From NCBI GenBank assembly GCA_023384105.1, contig JAHDXR010000002.1, positions 296,989-360,988 of the forward strand: a DNA stretch of 64,000 bases, read 5' to 3'. A program made the position numbers and the translations under genes. Source of the DNA: Hyphomonadaceae bacterium (GTDB taxonomy: Bacteria; Pseudomonadota; Alphaproteobacteria; Caulobacterales; Aquidulcibacteraceae). Shown piece after piece: positions 36,312 through 48,624 of this stretch. Numbering within the stretch: position 1 is the stretch's first letter; the number at the start of each line of letters is the position of its first letter. Below the pieces are notes generated by a model. That model saw only the letters and a program-made list of their open reading frames with translations, was not told the origin of the DNA and made no database searches.

Positions 36312-37602
36312 GGATCGTATCTTCCTCAATCTCTACGGCGCGCACGGCGCGGACCTGGAGAGCGCCAAGAAGCGCGGCGCCTGGAACGGTACGGCCGACA
36401 TGATCGCGGCCGGCCGCGACTGGATCATCCAGCAGGTGAAGGACTCGGGCCTGCGCGGCCGCGGCGGGGCAGGTTTCCCGACCGGCCTCAAGTGGTCGTT
36501 CATGCCTAAAGAGGTGAAGGAGCGGCCGCACTATCTCGTCGTCAACGCCGACGAGTCCGAACCGGGCACCTGCAAGGACCGCGACATGATGCGGCACGAC
36601 CCGCATCTGCTGATCGAGGGCTGCCTCATCGCATCGTTCGCGATGCAGGCGCACACGTGTTACGTCTATATCCGCGGCGAGTACGTGGCCGAGCGCGAGG
36701 CGCTTGAGCGCGCGGTGAAGGAAGCCTACGAAGCCAAGCTGATCGGCAAGAACAACCTCCATGGCTGGGATTTCGATCTTTACGTCCATCACGGCGGCGG
36801 CGCTTATATCTGCGGCGAGGAAACCGCGCTGCTCGAAAGCCTCGAAGGCAAGAAGGGCCAGCCGCGCCTAAAGCCGCCGTTCCCGGCCAATGTCGGCCTC
36901 TATGGCTGCCCGACCACGGTGAACAATGTCGAGTCGATCGCGGTCACGCCCACGATCCTGCGCCGCGGCGCCAAATGGTTCGCCGGCATCGGGCGCGCCA
37001 ACAATACCGGCACCAAGGTGTTCTGCGTCTCCGGCCATGTGAACAAGCCCTGCAACATCGAAGAGGCGATGAGCATCCCGCTGAAGCAGCTGATCGAGGA
37101 GCATTGCGGCGGCGTGCGCGGCGGCTGGGGCAATCTGAAAGCGGTGATTCCGGGCGGCTCGTCGGTGCGCATGATTCCCGCACACGAGGCCGAAACCGCG
37201 CTGATGGACTTCGATTCGCTGTCGGCGCTGAAATCGGGGCTCGGCACCGCGGCCGTCATCGTGATGGATCAATCCACCGATCTGATCCGCGCCATCGCCC
37301 GCATCTCCTACTTCTACAAGCATGAAAGCTGCGGCCAGTGCACGCCGTGCCGCGAAGGCACCGGCTGGATGTGGCGCGTGCTTGAGCGCATGGCGAAGGG
37401 CGAGGCCGAGCACAGCGAGATCGATCTGCTGCTCGACGTCACCACCCAGGTCGAGGGCCACACCATCTGCGCTCTGGGCGATGCGGCGGCGTGGCCGATC
37501 CAGGGCCTCATCCGTCACTTCCGCGGCGAGATCGAACAGCGCATCGACCGCTACCGCGCCGCCAAAGGCGTCCACCAGGTGAGGGCGGTGGCGGCCGAGT
37601 GA
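36298..37602 (+). CDS. nuoF: NADH-quinone oxidoreductase subunit F
   Basis: [59 protein letters not shown]. Confidence 0.95.
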   Translation: MLADKDRIFLNLYGAHGADLESAKKRGAWNGTADMIAAGRDWIIQQVKDSGLRGRGGAGFPTGLKWSFMPKEVKERPHYLVVNADESEPGTCKDRDMMRHDPHLLIEGCLIASFAMQAHTCYVYIRGEYVAEREALERAVKEAYEAKLIGKNNLHGWDFDLYVHHGGGAYICGEETALLESLEGKKGQPRLKPPFPANVGLYGCPTTVNNVESIAVTPTILRRGAKWFAGIGRANNTGTKVFCVSGHVNKPCNIEEAMSIPLKQLIEEHCGGVRGGWGNLKAVIPGGSSVRMIPAHEAETALMDFDSLSALKSGLGTAAVIVMDQSTDLIRAIARISYFYKHESCGQCTPCREGTGWMWRVLERMAKGEAEHSEIDLLLDVTTQVEGHTICALGDAAAWPIQGLIRHFRGEIEQRIDRYRAAKGVHQVRAVAAE

Positions 37603-37901
37603 TGAAACATTTCCTGCTGATTTACGATTACGCGCCGGACTATCTGGAGCGCCGCGCGCCGCTGCGGCCGGCGCATCTGGAAGCGTGCCACGCCTCGGCG
37701 GCGCGCGACGAGCTGCAATTGGGCGGGGCGGTGCCGAACGACGCGCCGCCGTTCGGGCTGCTGCTGTTCAAGGCCGAAACCGCCGCTGTGGCCGAGGACT
37801 TCGCCAAAGCCGATCCGTACGTGGCCCAGGGCGTGGTGACGTCCTGGCGGGTGCGCGAGTGGGTGACTGTGGTGGGCGCAGGCGCGTTGACGAAGGTGTA
37901 G
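37602..37901 (+). CDS. YciI-like family protein embedded in nuo operon
   Basis: [27 protein letters not shown]...DPYVAQGVVTSWRVREW has the YciI-like pattern. TGATG overlap with the nuoF stop. Confidence 0.65.
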   Translation: MKHFLLIYDYAPDYLERRAPLRPAHLEACHASAARDELQLGGAVPNDAPPFGLLLFKAETAAVAEDFAKADPYVAQGVVTSWRVREWVTVVGAGALTKV

Positions 37902-38155
37902 CGCACGGACGGCGCGGCGTCCTGCGCCGCAGTCCGAATCGGTTCCGGCTTGGCGCCGTTCTTCCTGTGGATTGATCGGCGTCAGGCTCTCTATCGCTCG
38001 CTGGAACGGCTGACGGTCCAGGTTCGGGGCGTCCGATCGAGTGTTCCGTTCGGCTGCGAATCGTTCGCAACTGCGTCCGCGGCGAAGCGGACTTTTCGCC
38101 CCCTTGCGGCGCAGCAATAAATCGGCCATGCGCGTCCGCGAAAGCGGTCAGACTC

Positions 38156-40228
38156 ATGACGAAAATTCTCGTCGACGGCGTTGAGGTCGACGTCCCTCCC
38201 GAACTTACCTTGCTGCAGGCGTGCGAAGCCGCCGGCGTGGAGATTCCGCGCTTCTGCTATCATGAGCGCCTGTCGATCGCCGGCAACTGCCGCATGTGCC
38301 TGATCGAGGTGAAGGTCGGCGGCAAGTCGGGGCCGAAGCCCGTCGCTTCGTGCGCGCAGCAGGTGAAGGACCTGCCGCCGCCGCGCGACAACATGCTCAA
38401 CGAGCTCGTCACCAAGAGCGAAGCCGTCAAGAAGGCGCGCAACGGGGTGATGGAGTTCCTGCTCATCAATCACCCGCTCGATTGCCCGATCTGCGACCAG
38501 GGCGGCGAGTGCGATCTGCAGGATCAGGCGATGGCCTACGGCCGCGGCGGTTCGCGCTTCGATGAGAACAAGCGCGCCGTCGAAGAGAAGTTCATGGGCC
38601 CGCTGGTGAAGACGGTCATGACGCGCTGCATCCTGTGCACGCGCTGCGTGCGGTTCGTCACCGAGGTGGCGGGCGTGCCGGAGATCGGCGCCATCGGCCG
38701 CGGCGAGGACATGGAGATCACGACCTATCTGGAAGCTTCGCTGAGCAGTGAGCTTTCGGCCAACGTCATCGATCTTTGCCCCGTGGGGGCGCTGACGTCC
38801 AAGCCGTACGCGTTCAACGCGCGGCCGTGGGAACTCTCCAAGACGCAGACCGTCGACGTGATGGACGCGCTGGGCTCGAACATCCGCGTCGATGCGCGCG
38901 GCGACGCCGTGCTGCGCGTGCTGCCGCGCGTGAACGACGAGATCAACGAAGAGTGGATCTCCGATAAGACGCGTTACGCCGAAGACGGACTGTCGCGGCA
39001 GCGTCTGGACCGGCCTTACATCCGCGAGAACGGCAAGCTGCGCCCGGCGGCGTGGGCTGAAGCGCTCGATGCGACGGCCAAGGCGCTCTCCGGCAATCCC
39101 GCGCGGATCGGCGCCATCGCCGGCGATCTGGCCTGCGCCGAGAGCATGAAGGCGACGCTGGACTTGTTTCGCGCGCTCGGTTCGCCCAACACGGATTGCC
39201 GCCCGGACGGCGCCGTGATCGGCGCGGGCCCGCGCCAGAGCTACCTGTTCAATTCGACCGTCGCCGGTATCGACGAAGCCGATTCGATCCTGCTGATCGG
39301 TGCGAACCCGCGCCTGGAAGCGCCGGTGCTGAACGCGCGCATCCGCAAGGCGTGGCTGCGCGGCGCCGAGATCGCCTATGTCGGCGAGGCGGTCGAACTC
39401 ACCTATCCGTACACGCATCTCGGCCGCTCGTTCGCCGACTTCAAGGATCGCGGCGCGATCGTGCAAAAGCTGAAGGCGGCGCAGCGGCCGATGATCGTCG
39501 TCGGCATGGGCGCGCTGACGCGGCCGGACTCGGCGGCCGTGCTGCAGGCCGTGGGCGCGCTGGCGGCGAGCGCCGGCGTGGTGCGCGAAGGCTGGAACGG
39601 CTTCAACGTGCTGCACACGGCGGCCGCGCGCGTGGGCGGGCTCGACCTCGGCTTCCTGCCGGGCGCCGGCGGCAAGAGCGCGCGCGAGATGCTGCAGGGC
39701 GGGATGGATACGCTCTTCCTGCTGGGCGTCGACGAGGTCGAGCTGCCGAAGAGCGGCACGGTGATCTATCTGGGCACGCATGGCGACGCCGGCGCGCACC
39801 GCGCCGACATCATCCTGCCCGGCGCGGCCTACACCGAAAAGGACGCGACCTGGGTCAACACCGAGGGCCGCGTGCAGTACGGCCGCCGCGCCACCTTCCC
39901 GAAAGGCGAAGCGAAGGAGGACTGGACCATTCTGCGCGCGCTCTCCGGCGTGCTCGGCAAGGTGCTGCCGTATGACTCGCTGGCCGACCTGCGCGCCAAG
40001 ATGATCGCCGACCATCCGACCTTCGGCCAGGTGGACTATGCGCCGGGCGCGGCGGACCTCGCGGGCTTCGATCCGGCGAAGCTGGGCGCCGCAGGGGATG
40101 TCGCGAACGTTCCGTTCGCGAGCCCGATCTTCGATTTCTATCTCACCAACCCGATCGCGCGCGCCTCCAAGACGATGGCGGAGTGTTCGCGCGCGAAGGC
40201 GGGCGCCCTGAAGGTGGCTGCGGAATGA
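38156..40228 (+). CDS. nuoG: NADH-quinone oxidoreductase subunit G
   Basis: [20 protein letters not shown]-like, [28 protein letters not shown]. 690 aa. Confidence 0.95.
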   Translation: MTKILVDGVEVDVPPELTLLQACEAAGVEIPRFCYHERLSIAGNCRMCLIEVKVGGKSGPKPVASCAQQVKDLPPPRDNMLNELVTKSEAVKKARNGVMEFLLINHPLDCPICDQGGECDLQDQAMAYGRGGSRFDENKRAVEEKFMGPLVKTVMTRCILCTRCVRFVTEVAGVPEIGAIGRGEDMEITTYLEASLSSELSANVIDLCPVGALTSKPYAFNARPWELSKTQTVDVMDALGSNIRVDARGDAVLRVLPRVNDEINEEWISDKTRYAEDGLSRQRLDRPYIRENGKLRPAAWAEALDATAKALSGNPARIGAIAGDLACAESMKATLDLFRALGSPNTDCRPDGAVIGAGPRQSYLFNSTVAGIDEADSILLIGANPRLEAPVLNARIRKAWLRGAEIAYVGEAVELTYPYTHLGRSFADFKDRGAIVQKLKAAQRPMIVVGMGALTRPDSAAVLQAVGALAASAGVVREGWNGFNVLHTAAARVGGLDLGFLPGAGGKSAREMLQGGMDTLFLLGVDEVELPKSGTVIYLGTHGDAGAHRADIILPGAAYTEKDATWVNTEGRVQYGRRATFPKGEAKEDWTILRALSGVLGKVLPYDSLADLRAKMIADHPTFGQVDYAPGAADLAGFDPAKLGAAGDVANVPFASPIFDFYLTNPIARASKTMAECSRAKAGALKVAAE

Positions 40229-41334
40229 TTGCTGGCGCCGACTACGTTCCACTGATCGAACTTCCCGTCGAGTGGGAGTGGGCGATCATGAAAGCAGGGC
40301 AGATCCTCGGGATCGTGATCCTGCTGCTGGTGTCGCTCGCCTTCCTGCTGCTGTTCGACCGCAAGGTCTGGGCGGCGGTGCAGCTGCGCAAGGGGCCGAA
40401 CGTGGTCGGCCCGTTCGGGCTGCTGCAGTCCTTCGCGGACTTCTTCAAGTTCGTGTTCAAGGAAATCGTCATTCCGGCCGGCGCCAACAAGACGGTGTTC
40501 ATCCTGGCGCCGCTGATCACGTTCGTGCTGGCGTTCGTGAGTTGGGCGGTGATCCCGTTCGCGAACGACGTCGTGATCTCCGACCTCAATGTCGGCATCC
40601 TTTACCTGTTCGCGATCTCCTCGCTCGGCGTTTACGGCATCATCATGGGCGGGTGGGCGTCGAACTCGAAGTATCCGTTCCTCGGAGGCCTGCGCTCGGC
40701 CGCGCAGATGGTGAGCTATGAAGTCTCGATCGGCTTCATCATCATCACCGTGCTGCTGCTGGTCGGCTCGCTCAACCTCTCCGCCATCGTCGAGTCCCAG
40801 CGCGACGGCATCTGGATGTGGCACGCCTTCCGGCTGTTCAATTTCGCGGAGTTCCCGGCGAACATCCTGGTCGGCGTCACCATGCTGGCGATGCTGGTGA
40901 TGTTCTTCGTGTCGGCGCTCGCGGAAACTAACCGGCCGCCGTTCGATCTGCCGGAAGCGGAATCCGAACTCGTCGCCGGCTATCAGGTCGAATACTCCTC
41001 CACGCCCTATCTGCTGTTCATGATCGGGGAGTACCTCAACATCGTGCTGATGTGCGCGATGGTGAACATCCTGTTCCTCGGCGGCTGGCATGCGCCGTGG
41101 GGCCCGGTCGACAATCCGTGGCTCGGCTTCCTGATCTTCTACGTGAAGATCTGGATCCAGTTCTTCCTGTTCGCGATGGTGAAGGCGATCGTGCCACGCT
41201 ACCGCTACGACCAGCTCATGCGGCTGGGCTGGAAGATCTTCCTCCCGACCTCGCTCGTGGCCGTGGTCGCCATGGGCTACTACGTCACCTTCATCGCGCC
41301 GGCGGCGGCGACCGCCGTGGCAGGAGCTCAATAA
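40225..41334 (+). CDS. nuoH: NADH-quinone oxidoreductase subunit H
   Basis: [31 protein letters not shown] and [25 protein letters not shown] overlap with nuoG. An alternative ATG lies at 40288. Confidence 0.92.
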   Translation: MIAGADYVPLIELPVEWEWAIMKAGQILGIVILLLVSLAFLLLFDRKVWAAVQLRKGPNVVGPFGLLQSFADFFKFVFKEIVIPAGANKTVFILAPLITFVLAFVSWAVIPFANDVVISDLNVGILYLFAISSLGVYGIIMGGWASNSKYPFLGGLRSAAQMVSYEVSIGFIIITVLLLVGSLNLSAIVESQRDGIWMWHAFRLFNFAEFPANILVGVTMLAMLVMFFVSALAETNRPPFDLPEAESELVAGYQVEYSSTPYLLFMIGEYLNIVLMCAMVNILFLGGWHAPWGPVDNPWLGFLIFYVKIWIQFFLFAMVKAIVPRYRYDQLMRLGWKIFLPTSLVAVVAMGYYVTFIAPAAATAVAGAQ

Positions 41335-41822
41335 TGTCGCGCTTGGTGCAGGCGGCGAAGGGCGCTCTGATGCTCGACATGCTGGGGGGCTTCGCTCTCG
41401 GCATGAAGTATTTCTTCCGCCGCAAAGCCACGATCAACTATCCGTTCGAGCGCAACCCGCAGAGCCCGCGCTTCCGCGGCGAGCATGCGCTGCGCCGCTA
41501 TCCGAACGGCGAGGAGCGCTGCATCGCCTGCAAGCTGTGCGAGGCGATCTGTCCGGCGCAGGCGATCACGATCGAGGCGGAGCCGCGCGCCGACGGCTCG
41601 CGCCGGACCACCCGCTACGACATCGACATGGTGAAGTGCATCTATTGCGGCTATTGCCAGGAGGCGTGCCCGGTGGATGCGATCGTCGAGGGGCCGAACC
41701 TGGAGTTCGCCACCGAGACGCGCGAAGAGCTGTACTACGACAAGGAAAAACTGCTCGCGAACGGCGACCGCTGGGAGCGGGAGATCGCGAAGAACTTGGA
41801 ACTCGACGCGCCTTATCGCTAG
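41334..41822 (+). CDS. nuoI: NADH-quinone oxidoreductase subunit I
   Basis: Two 4Fe-4S motifs, [12 protein letters not shown] and [12 protein letters not shown]. Confidence 0.95.
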   Translation: MSRLVQAAKGALMLDMLGGFALGMKYFFRRKATINYPFERNPQSPRFRGEHALRRYPNGEERCIACKLCEAICPAQAITIEAEPRADGSRRTTRYDIDMVKCIYCGYCQEACPVDAIVEGPNLEFATETREELYYDKEKLLANGDRWEREIAKNLELDAPYR

Positions 41823-41841
41823 GCGCGTCTGAAACTTGATG

Positions 41842-41969
41842 CTCCTCCGCGTGCGGGGGAGCTGTCCGCGAAGCGGACTGAGGGGGGAGAAGGCGCCAGG
41901 CGTTCGCCGGTCGCACCCCCTCTGTCGTTCGCTTCGCTCACGACGCCTCCCCCGCAAGCGGGTGAGGAG
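41842..41969. repeat. RIME/REP-like intergenic inverted-repeat element between nuoI and nuoJ
   Basis: Left arm CTCCTCCGCGTGCGGGGGAG (41842-61) matches the reverse complement of the right arm CTCCCCCGCAAGCGGGTGAGGAG (41947-69). Internal hairpin GTCCGC-gaa-GCGGAC. Confidence 0.7.
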
Positions 41970-41985
41970 AGGGAGAGCGTAACGG

Positions 41986-42594
41986 ATGTTGGCGTCGATC
42001 GCCTTCTACGTGCTGGCCGCCGTCGCGGTGATTTCCGCGTTCGCGGTAATCGCCGCGCGCAATCCCGTGCACTCTGTGCTGTTCCTGATCCTGACCTTCT
42101 TCACGGCGGCGGGCCTGTTCGTGCTGCTGGGGGCCGAGTTCCTGGCGATGCTGTTGGTCGTCGTCTATGTCGGCGCGGTGGCGGTGCTGTTCCTGTTCGT
42201 CGTGATGATGCTCGACGTCGATTTCGCCGAGCTGAAGCAGGGCTTTCTGTCCTACATGCCGATCGGCGCCTTGGTGGCGGCGGCGCTTCTGGGCGAGCTG
42301 GGCCTTGTCGCCAGCGCGGCGATGTCCGCGGACGGCGCCCCGATCGCGATTGCGCCGGCGCAGGCCTCCGACGTCACCAACGCCGAGGCGATCGGCCATG
42401 TGCTCTACACCGAGTACCTGCTCGTCTTCCAAATGGCGGGGCTGGTGCTGTTCGTCGCCATGATCGGCGCCATCGTGCTGACGCTTCGCCACCGTCCCGG
42501 CGTCCGCAAGCAGGACATCGCCGCCCAGGTGGGCCGGCGCCGGTCCGAGGCGGTGGAGCTTAAGGATGTTCGGCCGGGGCAGGGGATCGGCTGA
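41986..42594 (+). CDS. nuoJ: NADH-quinone oxidoreductase subunit J
   Basis: [50 protein letters not shown]. Confidence 0.93.
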   Translation: MLASIAFYVLAAVAVISAFAVIAARNPVHSVLFLILTFFTAAGLFVLLGAEFLAMLLVVVYVGAVAVLFLFVVMMLDVDFAELKQGFLSYMPIGALVAAALLGELGLVASAAMSADGAPIAIAPAQASDVTNAEAIGHVLYTEYLLVFQMAGLVLFVAMIGAIVLTLRHRPGVRKQDIAAQVGRRRSEAVELKDVRPGQGIG

Positions 42595-42902
42595 TGGAAG
42601 TCTCGCTTGCACATTATCTGTTTGTCGCCGCCGCCCTGTTCACCATCGGCGTGTTCGGCATCTTCGTGAACCGCAAGAACGTCATCATCATCCTGATGTC
42701 GATCGAGCTGGTTCTGCTCTCGGTGAACGTCAACCTGGTGGCGTTCTCGGCCTATCTGCAGAACCTCGAAGGCCAGATTTTCGCCATGCTGGTGCTGACC
42801 GTTGCGGCCGCCGAGGCGGCTGTCGGCCTCGCCATCCTGGTCACGTACTTCCGCAATCGCGGCAATATCGCCGTCGAAGACATCAATCAGATGAGGGGCT
42901 GA
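42594..42902 (+). CDS. nuoK: NADH-quinone oxidoreductase subunit K
   Basis: [25 protein letters not shown]...[14 protein letters not shown]. Confidence 0.95.
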   Translation: MEVSLAHYLFVAAALFTIGVFGIFVNRKNVIIILMSIELVLLSVNVNLVAFSAYLQNLEGQIFAMLVLTVAAAEAAVGLAILVTYFRNRGNIAVEDINQMRG

Positions 42903-42906
42903 GCCG

Positions 42907-44904
42907 GTGCAATTCTCTCCGGAAGCCCTGATCGTCCTTGCGCCGCTGGTCGCTGCGGCGTTCGCGGGGCTGTTGCAGCGTTATATCGGCGACAAGCTCG
43001 CCATGGGCCTGACCACGGCGTCGGTCGGCCTGTCGCTCGTGCTGTCGTGGCCGATTTTCATCGACTTCGTCTGGGGCGAGGGCCACGAGCGCGTCATCGA
43101 GCTGTTCCGCTTCATCGACGTGGCCGGCTTCACCTCGATCTGGAGCGTTCGGATCGACACGCTCTCGGCGGTCATGCTGGTGGTCGTGAACACGGTGTCG
43201 TTCCTGGTTCACGTCTATTCGATCGGCTACATGGCCGAAGACCCGCACCGGGCGCGGTTCTTCTCCTACCTCTCGTTCTTCACCTTCGCGATGCTGTCGC
43301 TGGTGACGGCGAACGACTTCCTGCAGCTCTTCTTCGGCTGGGAAGGGGTCGGCGTCGCCTCCTACCTGCTGATCGGCTTCTGGTTCCAGAAGCGCTCGGC
43401 CAACGACGCGGCGATCAAGGCATTCGTCACCAACCGGGTCGGCGACTTCGGCTTCGCGCTCGGCATCATGGCGGCGTTCATCTGCTACGGCTCGATCCAG
43501 TTCGACGCGGCGTTCGAAGCCGCGCGCGCTGCGCCGGACATGATGATCGGCGTGGGCGAAGTGCGATTCCGCGCCGTCGAGGTGGTGGCCTTCCTGCTGT
43601 TCATCGGCGCGATGGGCAAGTCGGCGCAGTTCTTCCTGCACGTGTGGCTGCCCGACGCGATGGAAGGCCCGACCCCGGTTTCGGCGCTGATCCACGCGGC
43701 GACGATGGTCACCGCCGGCGTGTTCATGGTCTGCCGTGCGGGCGAACTCTATGAGATGGCGCCGCTGGCGTCCGGCTTCGTGACCATTATCGGCGCGACC
43801 ACGGCGCTGTTCGCGGCGACGGTGGGGCTGGCGCAGAACGACATCAAGCGCGTGGTCGCCTATTCGACCTGCTCGCAGCTCGGCTACATGTTCTTCGCCG
43901 CCGGCGTCGGCGCCTACAACGCGGCGATGTTCCACCTGTTCACGCACGCCTTCTTCAAGGCGCTCCTGTTCCTCGGCGCAGGCTCGGTGATCCACGGCCT
44001 GCACCACGAGCAGGACATGCGCTACATGGGCGGCCTCCGCAAACCGATGCCGATCACCTGGGCGATGATGCTGATCGGCACGTTCGCGCTGATCGGCTTC
44101 GGTATTCCGGGTCTCGGCGGCTTCGCCGGCTTCTACTCCAAGGACGCCATCATCGAGGCGGCCTATGGCAGCCACGGCATCGGCGCGCAGTTCGCGTTCT
44201 GGTGCGGCGTCACCGCCGCGCTGCTGACCAGCTTCTATTCCTGGCGCCTCGCCTTCATGACGTTCGAAGGCAGGTACCGGCCCAATCCGCACGCGCACCA
44301 TGACGATCATGGCCACGACGATCACCACGCCGCGCCGGCCGACGGGTCCGCGCCGGCGCATGAATCGCCCTGGATCATGCTCGCGCCGCTGTTCGTGCTG
44401 GCGGCGGGCGCGATCGCCGCGGGCGCCATCTTCTATCCGTACTTCCTCGGCGATCACGCCGGCGCGTTCTGGGACCGCGCCATTCCGTTCCACGAAGGCC
44501 ATCACGATTTCCCGGCCTGGGTGCTGTGGGCGCCGCTGATCGTGACGGTGACCGGCTTCCTGTTCGCGGTGGGATTCTATCTCTGGCGGCCCGGCGCGGC
44601 GAAGGCGATGGCGAAGGGGCCGGTGTGGGCGTTTCTCTACAACAAGTGGTATTTCGACGAGATCTACGACTTCATCTTCGTGAAGGGCGCGCGCGCGCTT
44701 GGCGATCTCTTCTGGAAGGTGGGCGACCGGCGCCTGATCGACGGGCTCGGGCCTGACGGCGTGGCCGCGACCTCGCGCTTCTTCTCGCGCAATCTGCGCA
44801 AACTGCAGACGGGCTTTGTCTATCACTACAGCTTCATCATGCTGATCGCGGCGGTGGCGTTCGGCGCCTATGCGATCTTCGCCGGCATCGGGGGCGGCCA
44901 ATGA
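42907..44904 (+). CDS. nuoL: NADH-quinone oxidoreductase subunit L
   Basis: 665 aa antiporter-like subunit: [15 protein letters not shown] and [34 protein letters not shown] start. Confidence 0.93.
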   Translation: MQFSPEALIVLAPLVAAAFAGLLQRYIGDKLAMGLTTASVGLSLVLSWPIFIDFVWGEGHERVIELFRFIDVAGFTSIWSVRIDTLSAVMLVVVNTVSFLVHVYSIGYMAEDPHRARFFSYLSFFTFAMLSLVTANDFLQLFFGWEGVGVASYLLIGFWFQKRSANDAAIKAFVTNRVGDFGFALGIMAAFICYGSIQFDAAFEAARAAPDMMIGVGEVRFRAVEVVAFLLFIGAMGKSAQFFLHVWLPDAMEGPTPVSALIHAATMVTAGVFMVCRAGELYEMAPLASGFVTIIGATTALFAATVGLAQNDIKRVVAYSTCSQLGYMFFAAGVGAYNAAMFHLFTHAFFKALLFLGAGSVIHGLHHEQDMRYMGGLRKPMPITWAMMLIGTFALIGFGIPGLGGFAGFYSKDAIIEAAYGSHGIGAQFAFWCGVTAALLTSFYSWRLAFMTFEGRYRPNPHAHHDDHGHDDHHAAPADGSAPAHESPWIMLAPLFVLAAGAIAAGAIFYPYFLGDHAGAFWDRAIPFHEGHHDFPAWVLWAPLIVTVTGFLFAVGFYLWRPGAAKAMAKGPVWAFLYNKWYFDEIYDFIFVKGARALGDLFWKVGDRRLIDGLGPDGVAATSRFFSRNLRKLQTGFVYHYSFIMLIAAVAFGAYAIFAGIGGGQ

Positions 44905-46412
44905 GCGAGCTCGCGGCCGGCTGGCCGATCCTTTCGATCGTGACGTTCCTGCCGGCGGCGGGAGCGATCCTCATCCTGCTGGCGCGTATGTCGGCGCGGG
45001 GCGACAGTCCTGGCTACGACAACGGCGTGAAGCTGCTGGCGCTGTTCTTCACCATCGCGACGTTCATCGTCTCGCTGTTCGCCTTCGCCGCCTTCGATCC
45101 GGCCAACCCGGACTATCAGCTCACCGAGACCGTCCCCTGGGCGTTCGGCATGAACTACGCGATGGGCGTCGACACGCTGGCGATGTCGCTGGTGATGCTG
45201 ACGACCTTCCTCACGCCGCTCTGCATCCTGGCGAGCTGGGTGATCGAGAAGCAGGTCTCCAGCTACATGGTGCTGTTCCTGGTGCTGGAGACGCTGATGA
45301 TCGGCGTCTTCTGCGCGCAGGACATCATCCTCTTCTACGTCTTCTTCGAAGGCGGCCTGATCCCGATGTTCATCCTGATCGGGGTGTGGGGCGGCGAGCG
45401 GCGCGTCTATGCGGCGTTCAAGTTCTTTCTCTACACGCTTCTGGGCTCGCTGCTGATGCTGGTGGCGATCGTTTACATGATCGCGACGGCCGGCACTTCG
45501 AACATTCCGGCGCTGACGGAGTACGCGCAGGACGGCGGCTTCAGTCCCGAGGTGCAGATCTGGCTCTGGCTCGCCTTCTTCGCCTCGTTCGCGGTGAAGA
45601 TGCCGATGTGGCCGGTGCACACCTGGCTGCCGGACGCGCACGTCGAGGCGCCGACGGCGGCGTCGGTGGTGCTGGCGGCGATCCTCTTGAAGATGGGCGG
45701 CTACGGCTTCCTGCGCTTCTCGCTGCCGATGTTCCCGGACGCATCGCACGTCTTCACGCCGTTCGTGTTCGCGCTCAGCGTGATCGCCATCGTCTGGGCC
45801 TCGCTGGTGGCGTTCCGCCAGCTCGATATGAAGAAGCTGATCGCATATTCGTCGGTCGCGCACATGGGCTTCGTCACCATGGGCATCTTCACCGGCACGA
45901 TACAGGGCGTTCAGGGCGCGATCTTCCAGATGCTGTCGCACGGGATCATCTCGGGTGCGCTCTTCCTCTGCGTCGGCGTCGTGTACGACCGCATGCATAC
46001 GCGCGAGATCGCCTTCTATGGCGGCCTCGTGAACCGGATGCCGGTGTATGCGGCGATCTTCCTGCTGTTCACGATGGGCAATGTCGGCCTGCCGGGCACC
46101 TCGGGCTTCCCCGGTGAGATCCTCACCATGGTGGGCGCGTTCCAGGTCAACGCCTGGGTGGCGGCGGGCGCTGCGCTCGGCGTCATCTTCTCGGCCGCCT
46201 ATGCGCTCACGCTCTACCGCAAGGTCGCCTTCGGCGTGATCGAGAACCCGAAGCTCGACGGCATCGGCGATCTCGACGCGCGCGAGTGGGTGACGTTCAT
46301 TCCGCTCGTCATCGCCACGCTGGTGATGGGCCTTGCGCCCAGCTACGTGCTCGACTTCACCCATAATTCCGCCGAGGCGATCTCCACGGCTTTCGCGGGA
46401 GCCCGCCCATGA
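44901..46412 (+). CDS. nuoM: NADH-quinone oxidoreductase subunit M
   Basis: [44 protein letters not shown] overlap with nuoL. Confidence 0.95.
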   Translation: MSELAAGWPILSIVTFLPAAGAILILLARMSARGDSPGYDNGVKLLALFFTIATFIVSLFAFAAFDPANPDYQLTETVPWAFGMNYAMGVDTLAMSLVMLTTFLTPLCILASWVIEKQVSSYMVLFLVLETLMIGVFCAQDIILFYVFFEGGLIPMFILIGVWGGERRVYAAFKFFLYTLLGSLLMLVAIVYMIATAGTSNIPALTEYAQDGGFSPEVQIWLWLAFFASFAVKMPMWPVHTWLPDAHVEAPTAASVVLAAILLKMGGYGFLRFSLPMFPDASHVFTPFVFALSVIAIVWASLVAFRQLDMKKLIAYSSVAHMGFVTMGIFTGTIQGVQGAIFQMLSHGIISGALFLCVGVVYDRMHTREIAFYGGLVNRMPVYAAIFLLFTMGNVGLPGTSGFPGEILTMVGAFQVNAWVAAGAALGVIFSAAYALTLYRKVAFGVIENPKLDGIGDLDAREWVTFIPLVIATLVMGLAPSYVLDFTHNSAEAISTAFAGARP

Positions 46413-47857
46413 GCGCGATGAGCGATCTCTCGACCAGCATTCCGCTGGCCTATCCCGAACTGCTGCTCGCCGGCTTCGCGCTGGCGGCGGCGATCGTCGG
46501 CGCGTGGATGAGGGACAGCGCGTTCACGGCGTTGTCGCTGCTTGGCGTTGCGGCCGTCGCCGGCGCAGGCGTGCTGGCGCTCTACGGACCGTTCGCGCCG
46601 GTGGAGATTTTCCAGGGCGCGATGGTGGTCGACGGCGTGGCCGTCTTCGCCAAGGCGCTGATCGGGTTCTCCGGCGCGGCGACGCTGGCGCTGGGCTGGG
46701 ACCATTTCGCCAAGGTGGGCGACAGGCGTTTCGAATATCCGGTGCTGATCGCGCTCGCCGTGCTCGGCATGTTCGTGATGGTCTCGGCGCAGGACCTCAT
46801 CAGCCTCTATGTCGGCGTCGAACTGCAGAGCCTGGCGGCGTACGTGCTGGCGGCGTGGCGGCGCGACGACGCGACCTCGTCGGAAGCCGGCCTCAAATAT
46901 TTCGTGCTGAGCGCGATCTCGTCGGGCCTTCTGCTGTTCGGTTCGTCGTTCGTCTATGGCTTCACCGGATCGATCCGCTTCGATGCGATCGCGGCCGCGG
47001 TCGGCGAGGGCGGGGGCGGGATCGGCCTCGTCTTCGGCCTCGTGCTGATGCTGTGCGCGCTCGGGTTCAAGATGTCGGCGGCGCCGTTCCATATGTGGAC
47101 GCCGGACGTGTACGAAGGGGCGCCGACGCCGGTGACGGCGTTCTTCGCCGCTGCGCCCAAGGTGGCCGCCATCGCGTTGATGACGCGCGTGCTCTATGAG
47201 CCGTTCGCGGGCATGCAGGATCAGTGGCGGCAGGTCGTCATGGCGCTCGCCGCCATTTCGATGGTGTGGGGCTCGGTCGCGGCGCTGCTGCAGACCAACC
47301 TGAAGCGGCTGATGGCCTATTCGTCGATCGGCAATATCGGCTTCGCGCTGATGGGCGTGGCCGCCGGCGGCGACGCCGGCGCGGCGGCGGCGCTGATCTA
47401 CATGACGCTCTATCTGCCGGCGAACATCGGCATCTTCGCGCTGATCCTCGCCATGCGCCGCGACGGCGCGCCGGCGGAGACGGTGGCGGATCTCGCCGGC
47501 CTCGCCCAGAAGCGGCCTTGGATGGCGTCGCTGTTCACGATGCTGCTGTTCTCGATCGCAGGCATTCCGCCGTTTGCGGGCTTTATCGGCAAGCTTGTGG
47601 TGTTCGCCACGGCGGTGGAGGCCGGGCTCTACTGGATCGCGGTCCTGGGGGCTGTCGCGGCGGTGGTTTCCGCCGCCTATTATCTGCGCCTGATCGCCTC
47701 GATCTGGTTCGCGCAGCCGGCGCCGGCCTTGCAGGCGCCGAGCGGCGCGATCATGCTGACGGCGGCCGCGTCGGCGGCGCTGACATTCCCTGTTCTGGTG
47801 CTCCTGCTTGGCGCGATCCAGGGCTGGGCCGAGACCGCGGTGCGGATGAGCTTTTGA
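46409..47857 (+). CDS. nuoN: NADH-quinone oxidoreductase subunit N
   Basis: [32 protein letters not shown] overlap with nuoM. Confidence 0.95.
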   Translation: MSAMSDLSTSIPLAYPELLLAGFALAAAIVGAWMRDSAFTALSLLGVAAVAGAGVLALYGPFAPVEIFQGAMVVDGVAVFAKALIGFSGAATLALGWDHFAKVGDRRFEYPVLIALAVLGMFVMVSAQDLISLYVGVELQSLAAYVLAAWRRDDATSSEAGLKYFVLSAISSGLLLFGSSFVYGFTGSIRFDAIAAAVGEGGGGIGLVFGLVLMLCALGFKMSAAPFHMWTPDVYEGAPTPVTAFFAAAPKVAAIALMTRVLYEPFAGMQDQWRQVVMALAAISMVWGSVAALLQTNLKRLMAYSSIGNIGFALMGVAAGGDAGAAAALIYMTLYLPANIGIFALILAMRRDGAPAETVADLAGLAQKRPWMASLFTMLLFSIAGIPPFAGFIGKLVVFATAVEAGLYWIAVLGAVAAVVSAAYYLRLIASIWFAQPAPALQAPSGAIMLTAAASAALTFPVLVLLLGAIQGWAETAVRMSF

Positions 47858-47870
47858 TTGAAGAGGCGCG

Positions 47871-48620
47871 ATGATCGACCCGCGCGCGCCGGTCCAGATC
47901 TTTGATGAGATCGACTCCACTGTGCTGGAGGCGCGCCGTCGCGCCGGGCGCGGCGAAGTCGATCCGGTGTGGCTGATCGCCAAGCGGCAGACGGCGGGGC
48001 GCGGCCGGCGCGGCCGCGCCTGGGCCTCGCTCGAAGGCAATCTGCTCGCGACCTATCTGTTCGCCACGGCCCAGCCGCCGGCGACGATCGCGCTGCTCGG
48101 CTTCGCCACCGGCGTCGCCTTGGCCGAGACCATCGACGCATTCCTCGGCGCGAGCCGCGCCAGGCTGAAATGGCCGAACGATGTCTTCATCGACGACGCG
48201 AAAGTGTCGGGCATCCTGCTAGATTCCGGCGCGCTCGATGCGCGCGCGGCCTGGGTGGCGCTCGCCTTCGGCGTGAATCTCGCCGCCGCGCCGGAGGCGC
48301 TCGACCAGCCGGCCACCAGTCTGCGCCAGGTCCTGCCGCCTGATACGCTGGCGCCGTCGCCGCTCGTCTTCCTGGACGCGCTGCGCCCGCGGCTCGAAGG
48401 CTGGGCCCGGAGGCTGGAGCAGGAAGGGTTCGAACCGCTCCGCCGCGCCTGGCTGCAGCGGGCGCACGGGCTGGGCCGCGAGGCGCGCGTTCAGCAGGGC
48501 GAGCACCGCATCGAGGGCCGCATTGCAGGGCTGTCCTCGCGCGGCGAGCTTGAGCTTGATACTGTGGCCGGACGGCGCCTGATCGCGGCAGGCGACGTTC
48601 TCCTCACCAGCGCAGGCTGA
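47871..48620 (+). CDS. birA: Biotin--[acetyl-CoA-carboxylase] ligase (no N-terminal HTH domain)
   Basis: [14 protein letters not shown] (GRGRxGR motif) and [19 protein letters not shown]. 249 aa. Confidence 0.88.
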   Translation: MIDPRAPVQIFDEIDSTVLEARRRAGRGEVDPVWLIAKRQTAGRGRRGRAWASLEGNLLATYLFATAQPPATIALLGFATGVALAETIDAFLGASRARLKWPNDVFIDDAKVSGILLDSGALDARAAWVALAFGVNLAAAPEALDQPATSLRQVLPPDTLAPSPLVFLDALRPRLEGWARRLEQEGFEPLRRAWLQRAHGLGREARVQQGEHRIEGRIAGLSSRGELELDTVAGRRLIAAGDVLLTSAG

Positions 48621-48624
48621 ACCC

